A stretch of DNA of 64,000 nucleotides from a virus. Below are positions 48,979 to 58,254 of this stretch, in pieces (positions within the stretch are counted from its first letter, which is position 1; every line of letters starts with the position of its first letter). The notes below the pieces were generated by a model. The model saw only the letters and a list, made by a program, of their open reading frames with translations, was not told the origin of the DNA and ran no database searches. Location: the IMG/VR virus record IMGVR_UViG_3300018080_000138, positions 1 to 64,000 of that record; one strand, 5' to 3'. A program made the translations under genes and the position numbers.

Positions 48979-49358
48979 TGTTAATACTTGTTCAGAGAGA
49001 GAATTTTGTTGATCCTCAGGGCGCATCATTTACTCCAACTTCATTGAAAGAAAATGATGGGAAGGAAGTATCTATAACAGATAATTTTAATAAGGTTTCT
49101 GTATTTGGAACAGGTAAGTTGAAGGCAATTGGCGAAGGAAAAGGTTTATATATAGATATAGATGATTCGTTGGCCGGTACATTATTTGGATCCATGCCAA
49201 TTGGATTTATGACTAATGTAAATGACATACAGAATGTTGATGGACGAAGAGTTTTTACGTCAATAGATGTTACTGAAGTTGCCTGCATAAAAAATCCCGT
49301 AGATGATACATTACCAAAAATTGAAGATATATTGGACATGGAAATGGTGAAAAAATGA
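48975..49358 (+). CDS. degenerate HK97-type prohead-protease-like protein
   Basis: VD.QG..F, KGLY, .IGF, DGRR....D..EV....P; catalytic His and Ser apparently replaced. Confidence 0.5.
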   Translation: MMLILVQRENFVDPQGASFTPTSLKENDGKEVSITDNFNKVSVFGTGKLKAIGEGKGLYIDIDDSLAGTLFGSMPIGFMTNVNDIQNVDGRRVFTSIDVTEVACIKNPVDDTLPKIEDILDMEMVKK

Positions 49359-49558
49359 GTGATTGGAAATTAGTTGAAGAGAGTTTACCACCAGTAATAG
49401 AAGGATTTCCTTTTTCCCAGATGAGTATCCGGGTATTTGTAAAGGATGGTAATAATTATACATCTGGTTTTTACATGTATAGGTTTAATAAATGGTATGG
49501 TATTAATACAAATGATGAGTTATCCAATGTTAAGTGTTGGATGTTTATCCCCGAATAA
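49355..49558 (+). CDS. DUF551-like protein
   Basis: W..VEE.LP...V..WM.IPE. Confidence 0.7.
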   Translation: MSDWKLVEESLPPVIEGFPFSQMSIRVFVKDGNNYTSGFYMYRFNKWYGINTNDELSNVKCWMFIPE

Positions 49559-49576
49559 AATTATAGAGAGGATAGG

Positions 49577-49849
49577 ATGTTTACACATGTAGAACGTAAC
49601 GAAATAGGTTATAGGAATACTATTCATATAAGTCATTTACACAGGTATATTTCAGCGTATGAAACATGTAAATATACTATAGATGAACTTATTAATAGCA
49701 TTGAGAATGCATTAGTTGAGGCAGAAAAAACAAAAAAAACAGTGATAGTTGATCAAGATGGTGAGTTTTGCTTTCATGTATCTCCAGTTGGTTATATTAC
49801 ATTAATGATACCTTGGAAAATGTTTACTGTAGTAAGGGATAAGAAATGA
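49577..49849 (+). CDS. hypothetical protein
   Basis: GAGG RBS; operon-like packing. Confidence 0.55.
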   Translation: MFTHVERNEIGYRNTIHISHLHRYISAYETCKYTIDELINSIENALVEAEKTKKTVIVDQDGEFCFHVSPVGYITLMIPWKMFTVVRDKK

Positions 49850-49992
49850 TAAAGATTCCTGTTAAATACAAAAAGGATGCATGGGCTGTTTTGAAAGATA
49901 AGGGAGTTGTGGTAGAATGGACAGAGTAGGCAGCTTTTATCTCTGACATTAAAAAGAATATGTAAATCGATTATTTTTGGATTGATAAAATA

Positions 49993-50190
49993 ATGAGAGT
50001 AATAATAGATTTAGAAATTGAAACACCTGATTATGAAGGCGTAAAATTTATGGTAGAAATTAATAAACTTCTTTCAGATATACGGAAAGATATGGGGGAT
50101 AATGAGAAGAATTTACGTTTGGTAAAGTTTAAAATGCGCGATAAATATGGCGATTTATCTGATAGTAGAGATTTTGAATGGACAGAATAG
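49993..50190 (+). CDS. hypothetical protein
   Basis: ORF track; composition like neighbouring genes. Confidence 0.5.
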   Translation: MRVIIDLEIETPDYEGVKFMVEINKLLSDIRKDMGDNEKNLRLVKFKMRDKYGDLSDSRDFEWTE

Positions 50191-50203
50191 ATTGGAGGAT
50201 TAG

Positions 50204-50536
50204 ATGACTACCTTCTTATTGGGTATGAGTATTGGATTTTTGTTAGTTTGTTTGCTGATTAGAAGATGGGTAAAAGTGGAGGATTTAATAGACACTGCAA
50301 TCAAATCTTTTGTGGTTTTGTTGATAACAAAGTTATTTTATTTTATAGTTTTTGGTTTGACTATATACCATTTTGAGCACCTTCAAAAGTTGAATACTGA
50401 TGATAGTCGCCCAAAAGTAAATCAGGAGTATTTTGAGGGGGTTAGAGATACGGTGGATATTTTGAAGAATTTGAATTCTACTTGGTGGTTTGGTGATTTA
50501 GTTCCGGATAGAGTTGATAAACTTGAACTATGGTGA
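50204..50536 (+). CDS. membrane protein
   Basis: GGAGG RBS; two hydrophobic segments. Confidence 0.6.
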   Translation: MTTFLLGMSIGFLLVCLLIRRWVKVEDLIDTAIKSFVVLLITKLFYFIVFGLTIYHFEHLQKLNTDDSRPKVNQEYFEGVRDTVDILKNLNSTWWFGDLVPDRVDKLELW

Positions 50537-50563
50537 GGTTATAGAAAATAGTAGGGGTACTTT

Positions 50564-50767
50564 GTGAAATTGAATATAAGCATAGAAATAGATGACTTAG
50601 ATGATCGAACCTGTGGTGAGCATTGTCCATTTTTGCAGGATGATGAGTGTTTACTTTTTTCCTGTGATTTAGAAGAAACTATCTTACCTAAGAATCATGT
50701 TTGGCAAGATGGTGTTAGTCCAACCAGGCAGAGAACTTATCGATGTTTAACATTTGGAGTAGAGTAA
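50564..50767 (+). CDS. small Cys-rich protein
   Basis: CGEHCPFL...CLLF...R..RC. Confidence 0.55.
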   Translation: MKLNISIEIDDLDDRTCGEHCPFLQDDECLLFSCDLEETILPKNHVWQDGVSPTRQRTYRCLTFGVE

Positions 50768-51204
50768 TGTATAAGATTCCAATTTATTTTAGAAGCAAGT
50801 TAAAAAGAAGGTTTAATGAGAATTTATTAATCTATACAGAGGGTGTAGTTAGGCGGATTGATGGACAATGTCCTTTATGTAAGGTTTATCGTAAGTTAGG
50901 ATATTGTCAATTATGCCCATTTGTTACTGGGCATAATTGTGCGCATTTTGTAGTTGCTAATGTAAAGAAGGATTATACTGATGGTAAGATATTAATTAAA
51001 CTTAACCTTGATGGATTTTCCATTCCAAATGCTTCTATGGAAGAAGGGAAAAAGATGATAATAAGTTTGAAGAAAAATGCAAAGAAGCAAATTAGATGGA
51101 CATTTGGTAGAGAGTCACTAAGATTATATTTTAAGGATTTTGTAAGTTTTGTAGAAAAACTTATGGATTGGATAAGTTATGATATACCGGCACGTTATAC
51201 GTAG
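50767..51204 (+). CDS. Cys-rich paralog family member
   Basis: KIP...L..RF...CPLC...CQLCPF...C..F...IRW. Confidence 0.7.
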   Translation: MYKIPIYFRSKLKRRFNENLLIYTEGVVRRIDGQCPLCKVYRKLGYCQLCPFVTGHNCAHFVVANVKKDYTDGKILIKLNLDGFSIPNASMEEGKKMIISLKKNAKKQIRWTFGRESLRLYFKDFVSFVEKLMDWISYDIPARYT

Positions 51205-52960
51205 TTTAGTATATATATAACAATGAATTAAAGTAAAAAAAAAATGATTAGGCACTAAGATATTGATTTGTATTTATTCCTATTCTTATACAAGATAGTT
51301 TTAGGTCGTTCATTAACATGACCCGGAAAATTTAATAGAAATCGGACAGTAGTATTAATGTAAATTGAGACATTAGTACACTAAGAATATTTCCGGGTCA
51401 TACTATTATAGTGCATCTAATAGTAGTTGGATGGTAAAGAAAGTTAACGGTAAACATAGCGAGTAGTCAATGCTGATCAAAGTAAAGAATTTTTTATACA
51501 TAATTAAAATGTATTGTAAAAATGAGTGTATTGAGTATATCCATGTAAAGGAAATTTTAGTGGATGCTATACGTTTTGTTTTTAGGTCTCCTGTACAAGA
51601 TAGATTGTTACGTTATCAAAGAAGGAATATAAGATCACCTGGTAGATAGGGATATGGATAAGATTTATAAAAATAGAATTGGTAGAGTACCAGTCGATAT
51701 AGAGAATTAAACAGATAAATAGTCAGTTGGTAGCCCATTAAAAAATTAAGGTATAGTGATGGTGCACCGGCTGGCTATTTTTTATTTATACCTGGCCCGA
51801 TGGTTAGTAATGGTAAAGTAAAAGTAAAGTTAGAAAATAATGTATAAGAAGAAAGGAAATAGGAATGAGTAAGTGTAAGATAAATAAAACAAGTAAAAGT
51901 ATAGATAAAAAAACCAAGATTACCAAGCATAGCAGTCATAGGATATAGGAGTAACAGACAGAGACATGGTGAGGAGGGGGAAAAAGCCAACCGCGTTTAC
52001 CTGGGGGCGGCGGTTAATCGAGTTATCAGTAATCTTTCCTACTCAGCATCATACTATCCTACCAAGTATTAAACCAGAGATAGCAAAGAAAATACTTACC
52101 CCGCATATTAATGTAAAAGATCAGGTAAGACAAATAAACCAAATAGGTACTGCAACTTTACCATAGTTGAGGTTGATTTCAATACGAAGTTGACACACTA
52201 CTAAAGAGAAGATGCAATAAGCGTGAAGTCAATAGCAAAAGTGGTATATAGTAAATAGAGTTGCCAAGTACGGTAAAAACTATATCATTTATTATAGATA
52301 CAATATCTTAAAATCCTATATATTGTAGTAGTTTCTATATAATCAGGCAATATCTTAGATAGTTTTAGTGAACTTTCCGAGTATTTAGGCATTTTTAGGC
52401 ATTTTTAGCGGAAAAACACGGTTATTCAGTAGAAATTAGCGGAAATAGTAGTATTTAGAGGGAATGTAGCAGTTTTAGCCTTAGAAATCCGCCTTAACTT
52501 GCTTTGGAGGGCATTTTTATAGGGTTGGTGGTTCAGTCGGTTACCATTAGGAATAGTAGTCGCTGATCAAAATTTTAGGCAATGGGATTTTTTAAGAATT
52601 TTAGGCAAGTTACGGCGGATTAGTCCACTTTTGTTACTTATTGTGAATAGTACAAGTATTCAGGCATGTATCTAAGAATGTTTTAGCATAAATGGTAGTT
52701 GGTCGTGTAAAATATAGAGTGGTTGAGGTAAGTCGGGTATATTGCCACTTGTTAACTTAAATGTAATAAGGTAGTTTGGTTCTCCAGAGTGATGTTATGA
52801 TTAGTAGTGAGTAGAAATTGGCGCTCATTGGATGGGTATGTATGATTAAGTGTGGTAGGGAGGTATTATGTGAGTTTTATACTTGGTAATGTATCATGGG
52901 GTTAAGTCATCATCACATATAAAGGAAAGAGAAGTGAGAAAGTTGAATAAGTTATATGAG
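51205..52960. other. gene-poor region, candidate genome terminus/origin/control region
   Basis: No convincing ORF with RBS over ~1.75 kb; inverted repeats, purine-rich tract, phased TTTTAGGC repeats. Confidence 0.5.
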
Positions 52961-52969
52961 TAGGTGTTT

Positions 52970-52986
52970 GTGGGATGATTTTTGCA
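52970..52986 (+). promoter_or_regulatory. sigma54-type -24/-12 promoter motif, copy 1
   Basis: GTGGGATGATTTTTGCA, GG-N10-GC; followed by GAGGTG RBS and ATG 53023. Confidence 0.6.
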
Positions 52987-53022
52987 CTATATTTTTATGA
53001 ATTAAACAAATGAGGTGACAAA

Positions 53023-53190
53023 ATGAAATATACAAAACGACCTTATGATAGAAAAACGATGATTTTCAAGGCCAATTATATACTATGCACTGCAATGCAA
53101 GACTACACAGCCTTAAAGGAGGTCTTGTTGGAGGCCGTGGCCGATGGTATTATTTACCCTGAAAAAACTACAACTGATTCAATTATATAA
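53023..53190 (+). CDS. 55-aa hypothetical protein (below ORF-track cutoff)
   Basis: GAGGTG RBS; starts MKYTK like 53409-53603. Confidence 0.6.
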   Translation: MKYTKRPYDRKTMIFKANYILCTAMQDYTALKEVLLEAVADGIIYPEKTTTDSII

Positions 53191-53211
53191 CATTTCATCG
53201 ACTTAGTAAAA

Positions 53212-53231
53212 GTATGGAGTAAACTCCATAC
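53212..53231. promoter_or_regulatory. palindromic enhancer/operator-like site
   Basis: GTATGGAGT-AA-ACTCCATAC. Confidence 0.75.
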
Positions 53232-53353
53232 ATTTTAGTCAAGAATCGGGCAGAGATTACATATTTTTCGGCTTATATAATATACCATAGTTATATATGG
53301 TCGTTAGGGGTCCTCTGTCTCATAAGGGAAAAAACTTCCTTTTCTTAGAAGGT

Positions 53354-53370
53354 TTGGGATGATTCTTGCA
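53354..53370 (+). promoter_or_regulatory. sigma54-type promoter motif, copy 2
   Basis: TTGGGATGATTCTTGCA; AAGGAG RBS then ATG 53409. Confidence 0.65.
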
Positions 53371-53408
53371 ATATAATATAATGAAAATAAAGATAAAGGA
53401 GTAAGAAA

Positions 53409-53603
53409 ATGAAATATACAAAGATCAAAATTAGGTTTACTGACAAAGACGGGAGTCTTGGAAAAACGGCAACTAAAACATTGTATAATGATAGTTACGA
53501 TATGTATGAAAAAATTGTTGCCTATGCAGCTAAGCTACACAAACAACGGTTATTAGATGATGCATTGATTGCACAGTTGATGCAAGAGACCCCTTATAAA
53601 TGA
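53409..53603 (+). CDS. hypothetical early protein
   Basis: AAGGAG RBS directly after the promoter motif. Confidence 0.65.
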   Translation: MKYTKIKIRFTDKDGSLGKTATKTLYNDSYDMYEKIVAYAAKLHKQRLLDDALIAQLMQETPYK

Positions 53604-53625
53604 GTTAAATGAGTACAAAATACCC

Positions 53626-53724
53626 GCCATCGAAGCCCAATAACTGGCAGAAATGTTAGCACATTTGGGTGGTATGGAAAGGTCGTAATAAGGCGGCAAG
53701 CCGGTTCGATTCCGACCGATGGCA
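53626..53724 (+). ncRNA. tRNA-like RNA / pseudo-tRNA
   Basis: Perfect 7-bp acceptor stem GCCATCG/CGATGGC + A; T-arm GCCGG-TTCGATT-CCGAC; non-canonical D and anticodon region. Confidence 0.6.
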
Positions 53725-53748
53725 CAAAAAAACAAATGAGGTAATAAA

Positions 53749-53916
53749 ATGAGATGTAAACCGGGAACAAGAGTAAAATTTTATGACTATGATTTAGAAG
53801 TGGTACAGATAGGAGTATATCTAAAACATTTTGCACCTTGTGTAATGTCAATTTATGTACCACTTGACGATAAGGTATACTATGTCAATGAAAATGATAC
53901 TACACCTATTAAATGA
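53749..53916 (+). CDS. 55-aa hypothetical protein (below ORF-track cutoff)
   Basis: GAGGT RBS, ATG 53749 to TGA 53916. Confidence 0.55.
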   Translation: MRCKPGTRVKFYDYDLEVVQIGVYLKHFAPCVMSIYVPLDDKVYYVNENDTTPIK

Positions 53917-53935
53917 TATACTCAGGAGGTATTAA

Positions 53936-54178
53936 ATGACGAATACTGATAAAGCATATATTAGTGCCAGGATGAGGATTAATTTTCCTGGTATAAAGCA
54001 TAAAGATTTGGATAATGGCGTGGTGTTTCCAACACTGAGGTTTAGAGTGACTCAAAAAAATGAAAAATTTTATTTGGAGAGCGCAGCACGTGGATTATAT
54101 TTTACTGTCAGAAGTTCGGAAAATGTTGTGCGAATTATGGATGAGTTAGTTGATGAAGTAAAATTTTGGACTGAGTAA
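53936..54178 (+). CDS. hypothetical protein
   Basis: AGGAGGT RBS. Confidence 0.65.
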   Translation: MTNTDKAYISARMRINFPGIKHKDLDNGVVFPTLRFRVTQKNEKFYLESAARGLYFTVRSSENVVRIMDELVDEVKFWTE

Positions 54179-54234
54179 CTTGAAAAAAGGGGCTTAAAGG
54201 AACGTTGTATAGAAATTGACCAAGAAAAGTAAAA

Positions 54235-54254
54235 GTATGGAGTTTATCCCATAC
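54235..54254. promoter_or_regulatory. palindromic enhancer/operator-like site
   Basis: GTATGGAGT-TT-ATCCCATAC, flanked by ATTGACCAA (54215) / TTGGTCAAT (54258). Confidence 0.7.
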
Positions 54255-54356
54255 AATTTGGTCAATAGTTAAGGATATTTCTCTATATGTTATTTTATGT
54301 GTGAGTGTGATTGTCCTCTCTGAGTTATTAACGGGAGTTACTATTACCCAGGAGGT

Positions 54357-54373
54357 TTGGGATGATTTTTGCA
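54357..54373 (+). promoter_or_regulatory. sigma54-type promoter motif, copy 3
   Basis: TTGGGATGATTTTTGCA; AAGGAG RBS then ATG 54412. Confidence 0.65.
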
Positions 54374-54411
54374 TTATATTAATGTGAAAACAAAGACAAA
54401 GGAGTAATAAA

Positions 54412-54600
54412 ATGAGAGTATATGTTAATACTGATAAATATAGATGGTCACACGGTAAAAAACCTCGTGGCAAAGGCCAATGGTGGTTTGAAATTGGTAG
54501 TGATGATTTTGGATTAAATGCAACTTATGGTGAGGCCGTAAAAGCTGCGAGGAAAAAAGCTGAGTTAGAAGGAGTTAATGAAATATATGTACTTCCATAA
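54412..54600 (+). CDS. hypothetical early protein
   Basis: AAGGAG RBS; Y..SHGKKPRG.G.W.F pattern. Confidence 0.7.
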   Translation: MRVYVNTDKYRWSHGKKPRGKGQWWFEIGSDDFGLNATYGEAVKAARKKAELEGVNEIYVLP

Positions 54601-54651
54601 ATGAAGCGATAAGATGAAATACAATCGGCTGGAAAAAAGGAGTGTGGAATA

Positions 54652-54918
54652 ATGTCAGTAACAAGGGAACAAATAAAAGAGGCATTACACGCAGTATTAG
54701 CACAGAGGGAAAGGGATGATTTGAATAAATTGTTTATTACAGATGTTAAGAATCATCTTTCACAGGCTAATAAAAATGGTGAAACGTTAACATACATTAA
54801 ATGGCGGAATAGAACGGAATTCAAACTGAAAGCATCTATCACAGCAATCATGGCACAGTTTTCGGCAGCAGGATTTAATGTTGAGTGGTGTGGTACACAT
54901 AATTTTGAAATTTGGTAG
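54652..54918 (+). CDS. hypothetical protein
   Basis: AAGGAG RBS. Confidence 0.6.
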   Translation: MSVTREQIKEALHAVLAQRERDDLNKLFITDVKNHLSQANKNGETLTYIKWRNRTEFKLKASITAIMAQFSAAGFNVEWCGTHNFEIW

Positions 54919-55148
54919 ATGTACTATGTCAATATAAATGATGTCATAGTCCTTTAGTAGTGTACTCAGGAGGTATTAATGGATGAAGTGTTATTTTGTT
55001 GTAAGTGGTGTAAGCATTTAAACCTATTAATTGGGATTTACAAAGATTACTTAGTTAATACCTTAAAAATAAGGAAAGAAGAATATTAGATGTTGGCAGG
55101 GAATACATAAAGATCAGAAACAGTCATAATCTATTTAAAGGTGATGAA

Positions 55149-55595
55149 ATGCAAGGTGAAATCAGTAGACAGAATGCTCTTCGGTATATATTAGCGGGTA
55201 ATGCAATCATTACCATGAAGAACATTAGCACTGGTAATAGGTTCACTTATAAAATAAGTAAATTGAAAAAGAAATATCAGCAAACGAATAAGTCAACCGA
55301 TATTTATTGGGTAAGAGTGTTAACATGCCCAAATAATACAAGGGGGTATCGGTTTTTCGGAACAGTATTTGTTAATGGTTCAGTTAATTTTAAAGTATCA
55401 AATAAAAGTAAAATTTCAAAAGATGCGCAAAGTGTTCGTGTTTTTCATTATTGTTTATATCATCTAACTAAGAATGATTTATCTGATGATGTAAAATTTT
55501 ACCATGAAGGGTATTGTGGTCGTTGTGGTCGATTGTTAACTGTCCCTGAGAGTATTGTTGCAGGATATGGACCAATCTGCATTAATTTAATTTAA
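55149..55595 (+). CDS. DUF6011-like Zn-binding protein
   Basis: AGNA..T.....TG.RFTYKI; HEG.CGRCGR.LT.PESI..G.GP.C. Confidence 0.75.
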   Translation: MQGEISRQNALRYILAGNAIITMKNISTGNRFTYKISKLKKKYQQTNKSTDIYWVRVLTCPNNTRGYRFFGTVFVNGSVNFKVSNKSKISKDAQSVRVFHYCLYHLTKNDLSDDVKFYHEGYCGRCGRLLTVPESIVAGYGPICINLI

Positions 55596-55615
55596 TAATA
55601 TAATGAGGTATTGAG

Positions 55616-55822
55616 ATGTTTAATTTTCCAACTGAAGAAGAAATTAATGAATTTTATGCAGAAAGAAAAAATTCAACACTTGTTAAATCCGAGAATGAAA
55701 AAGTCCTTAGAGAACTTGCGATAATGTATAAACAAAGTCCATTTACATTAGATGTATTTAAAAAAATGGTTTTGAATAATTTAAACATTCTGACCACCGT
55801 CTATAAGGATATAGTCGGATAA
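55616..55822 (+). CDS. hypothetical protein
   Basis: GAGGT RBS; paralog remnant at ~56928. Confidence 0.6.
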   Translation: MFNFPTEEEINEFYAERKNSTLVKSENEKVLRELAIMYKQSPFTLDVFKKMVLNNLNILTTVYKDIVG

Positions 55823-55838
55823 TAAATGAGGTGATAAA

Positions 55839-56033
55839 ATGGGCAGTTTAGTTGTTTTAAAACGTTATAAAGAGCCGGATGCTGAGTGGTTTCCAACAAC
55901 ACTTGCCGAGTGCATTGAGCATACAGAGGGTTCAGGTTATTGGGGAAAAGACACAGTAACCTATTTACTAAGTACTGGTAATGTTGTATGGACTCCATTT
56001 GCAGAGTATAAAAGAGGAGAAACAGATGCATAA
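55839..56033 (+). CDS. hypothetical protein
   Basis: GAGGTG RBS. Confidence 0.65.
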   Translation: MGSLVVLKRYKEPDAEWFPTTLAECIEHTEGSGYWGKDTVTYLLSTGNVVWTPFAEYKRGETDA

Positions 56034-56283
56034 AGTAATAAAAAATGCTAAGCTGGTAGAAATAAGGAGTGATGGTGCTCAAAAATATGAGTATGATGAT
56101 CCAACAGAGGAGTTTCCAGCGGTGTGGCTAACAGGGATTCAACGAGCAAGTAATCCGGAGATAGGAATGGTTGGCGACCTCGTTTATAGGAAATTTAGGT
56201 CAGGTGCATGGTTTATGTTTAGAAGGTATCCTATAAAAAGAGTGAAGGAGAATGAAGATGATACGGATGGTAGTATTAACTAA
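56026..56283 (+). CDS. hypothetical protein
   Basis: GAGGAG RBS before internal ATG (MHKVIK). Confidence 0.55.
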   Translation: MHKVIKNAKLVEIRSDGAQKYEYDDPTEEFPAVWLTGIQRASNPEIGMVGDLVYRKFRSGAWFMFRRYPIKRVKENEDDTDGSIN

Positions 56284-56308
56284 GAAACGTCTCATGGAAA
56301 TTAAAAAA

Positions 56309-56542
56309 ATGTCAAAAGTAAAAGTCAACACGGATGAATATAAAAAGGTTCATGGTAAATGTCCGGATAATAATACGGATGCTATTTAGACGGTTAGTAT
56401 AGATGGTATAGTGAAAGATAGATCATTTTCAGTATATCTAAATTGTTTAACTATAAATAATAAGAAAGCTACGGTAAAAGAATTAGAGCCGTTACGTAGA
56501 GGCGCAAAAAATGGATTAGATGGGTTAAAAAGGAAAATATAA
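56309..56542 (+). pseudogene. paralog of 54412-54600 interrupted by in-frame TAG at 56387
   Basis: V.VNTD.Y...HGK.P matches 54412; frame continues after the TAG to TAA 56542, abutting the next gene. Confidence 0.55.
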
Positions 56543-56543
56543 A

Positions 56544-56912
56544 ATGAACATATATGTTGAAACTATTGTACCTAATAAGTATAGTGTTAAGTTATTAGGC
56601 TATAATGCAGTATTACATTATAAGGTAGTTGATAATCCTATGGATATAATTAATGAAATATTTACAGGTATTGGGTGGTATTTAGATATGAAAGAAATGT
56701 TTAATGATGATCCTGAAAGTATTTGTGTCAACCAAGATAAGTTACAGGGTGAACAGATTGTAGGGCGGACTGTTGAAATAAAAGATGGTTTTTGGAATGC
56801 TGGTTACCGTGGGATGGTTACTGAGTATGAAGGCATTGTTGGCTGGTACACGGTTATCATTAATGAAATTAGTTTTATCTATGTACGTGACGAATTTGTT
56901 GTACTTAATTAG
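56544..56912 (+). CDS. hypothetical protein (C-terminal KOW/SH3-like)
   Basis: VGRTVEIKDG...G.RGMV. Confidence 0.55.
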   Translation: MNIYVETIVPNKYSVKLLGYNAVLHYKVVDNPMDIINEIFTGIGWYLDMKEMFNDDPESICVNQDKLQGEQIVGRTVEIKDGFWNAGYRGMVTEYEGIVGWYTVIINEISFIYVRDEFVVLN

Positions 56913-57138
56913 ATAAGGAGATTTTTAATGAAGACATTACCTACAAAGAAAGAAGTCGATGAGTTTTATGCCGCATATGGTACTACTAATTTTTATGTAA
57001 TGGATGCCGATAAAAAAGTAAAAGAAATTCTTACACAGCTATATAAAGAGGGTTTTTAACCAAGGCCTCATTTACAAAGGTTGTACTGAAAAATATTAGG
57101 GATATGAACGGTTAAATAGTATAGTTAGTGGAGATGGT

Positions 57139-57489
57139 ATGAGAAAAATAAAAATACCTATAAAGTATAAGGAACAATTAGAGGCAAGATTTGATCCAAA
57201 AAACCTTATTTGTGATTTTTCAACAAATAATTATTACATTAGAATTCCATGTCCATTATGCGAGGATTATGGAGGTAATTTGGTTTGTAGTAATTGTCCA
57301 TTTCGTGAACCTATAGATTTATGCAAAGTTGATAGTTCTTGCGGGGGTTTTGTTGAAGACATTATTGGTTTACCTAAATTTTCTTGGACAAAAGCAGACA
57401 TAATAATACATAAGACATTATATAATCAGGCTGTTGAGCAATTAATTGAACTCAGAAGTAAAGCAAAGGAGTACATTGAGTGGGTATAA
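57139..57489 (+). CDS. Cys-rich paralog family member
   Basis: KIKIP.KYK..L.ARFD...CPLC...CSNCPF...C..F...EYIEWV. Confidence 0.75.
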   Translation: MRKIKIPIKYKEQLEARFDPKNLICDFSTNNYYIRIPCPLCEDYGGNLVCSNCPFREPIDLCKVDSSCGGFVEDIIGLPKFSWTKADIIIHKTLYNQAVEQLIELRSKAKEYIEWV

Positions 57490-57491
57490 AA

Positions 57492-57544
57492 GTATGGAGT
57501 ATACCCCATATAATTTGGTTAAAAGTATGGGATAAACTCCATAC
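57492..57544. promoter_or_regulatory. tandem pair of palindromic enhancer/operator-like sites
   Basis: GTATGGAGT-AT-ACCCCATAT (57492) and GTATGGGAT-AA-ACTCCATAC (57525), 33 bp apart. Confidence 0.75.
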
Positions 57545-57631
57545 TTTTGTAATAAAATAAACAACTAATTTTATAGAGCCGGTATATTCCCGGCAAACCC
57601 TTACAATAAAAATGCTCATTTCTTAGAAGGT

Positions 57632-57648
57632 TTGGGATGATTCTTGCA
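57632..57648 (+). promoter_or_regulatory. sigma54-type promoter motif, copy 4
   Basis: TTGGGATGATTCTTGCA; GAGG RBS then ATG 57706. Confidence 0.65.
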
Positions 57649-57705
57649 ATATAATATAATGAAAATAAAGACAAAAAATAACAATTTAAAATATGAGGCA
57701 TTAAA

Positions 57706-57891
57706 ATGAAACGCAAGGTCAGTAAAAAAGAAATGGAATTATATATAGAGCCAGCAGAAAAAATATATAATTCGATGTCAGTAGTAGAGTTTGACTTATT
57801 AATTCAAGCCGCAAAAAATCGAGCAGACAAGTTTAATAAAGGAACAGTTGCAAAAGATACATTGAGATCAATTGTAGTTCCAGAAGATTGA
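57706..57891 (+). CDS. hypothetical early protein
   Basis: GAGG RBS after the promoter motif. Confidence 0.6.
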   Translation: MKRKVSKKEMELYIEPAEKIYNSMSVVEFDLLIQAAKNRADKFNKGTVAKDTLRSIVVPED

Positions 57892-58004
57892 AGCCATCTG
57901 ACCTTTATAATAATGAAGTCGGGGAGTGGCGTGGGCATGGTTATTGTACACAATAAGTAGGTTAGATTTCGGTCAATGACGTTAAAGTAGAGGAGTATGA
58001 TAAG

Positions 58005-58229
58005 ATGAATAATCAAACATTCATTAATAATCATATAGGGGTACAACAGCATAAAAGTAAGTACAAAGATTTATATGTTGTTACTGTTAGGTCTAAACTT
58101 GTTGTTAGATTATTGAAGGAACGATTTGAGATTTCCACTAAGCGGGGTAAAGTAGTAAAATTTGATCAAGGTGAACTTGACATATTAAAGCGACTGATAC
58201 TACAACATTATTTAGATAATAACTATTAA
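58005..58229 (+). CDS. hypothetical protein
   Basis: GAGGAG RBS. Confidence 0.6.
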   Translation: MNNQTFINNHIGVQQHKSKYKDLYVVTVRSKLVVRLLKERFEISTKRGKVVKFDQGELDILKRLILQHYLDNNY

Positions 58230-58254
58230 CCATAAAATTGGATGAGGTGATAGA

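Noticed and set aside
51966-52166. 66-aa ORF in the gene-poor region as a real gene
   Set aside because: No RBS upstream, atypical composition, and it overlaps a GC-rich hairpin.
53236-53250. IHF site next to the palindromes
   Set aside because: Only a partial match to WATCAANNNNTTR; insufficient support.
53365-53382. sigma70 reading of TTGCAA-TATAAT in the promoter repeat
   Set aside because: The two hexamers are adjacent rather than ~17 bp apart, and TATAAT is not retained in copies 1 and 3. It is not fully excluded as an overlapping -10 element.
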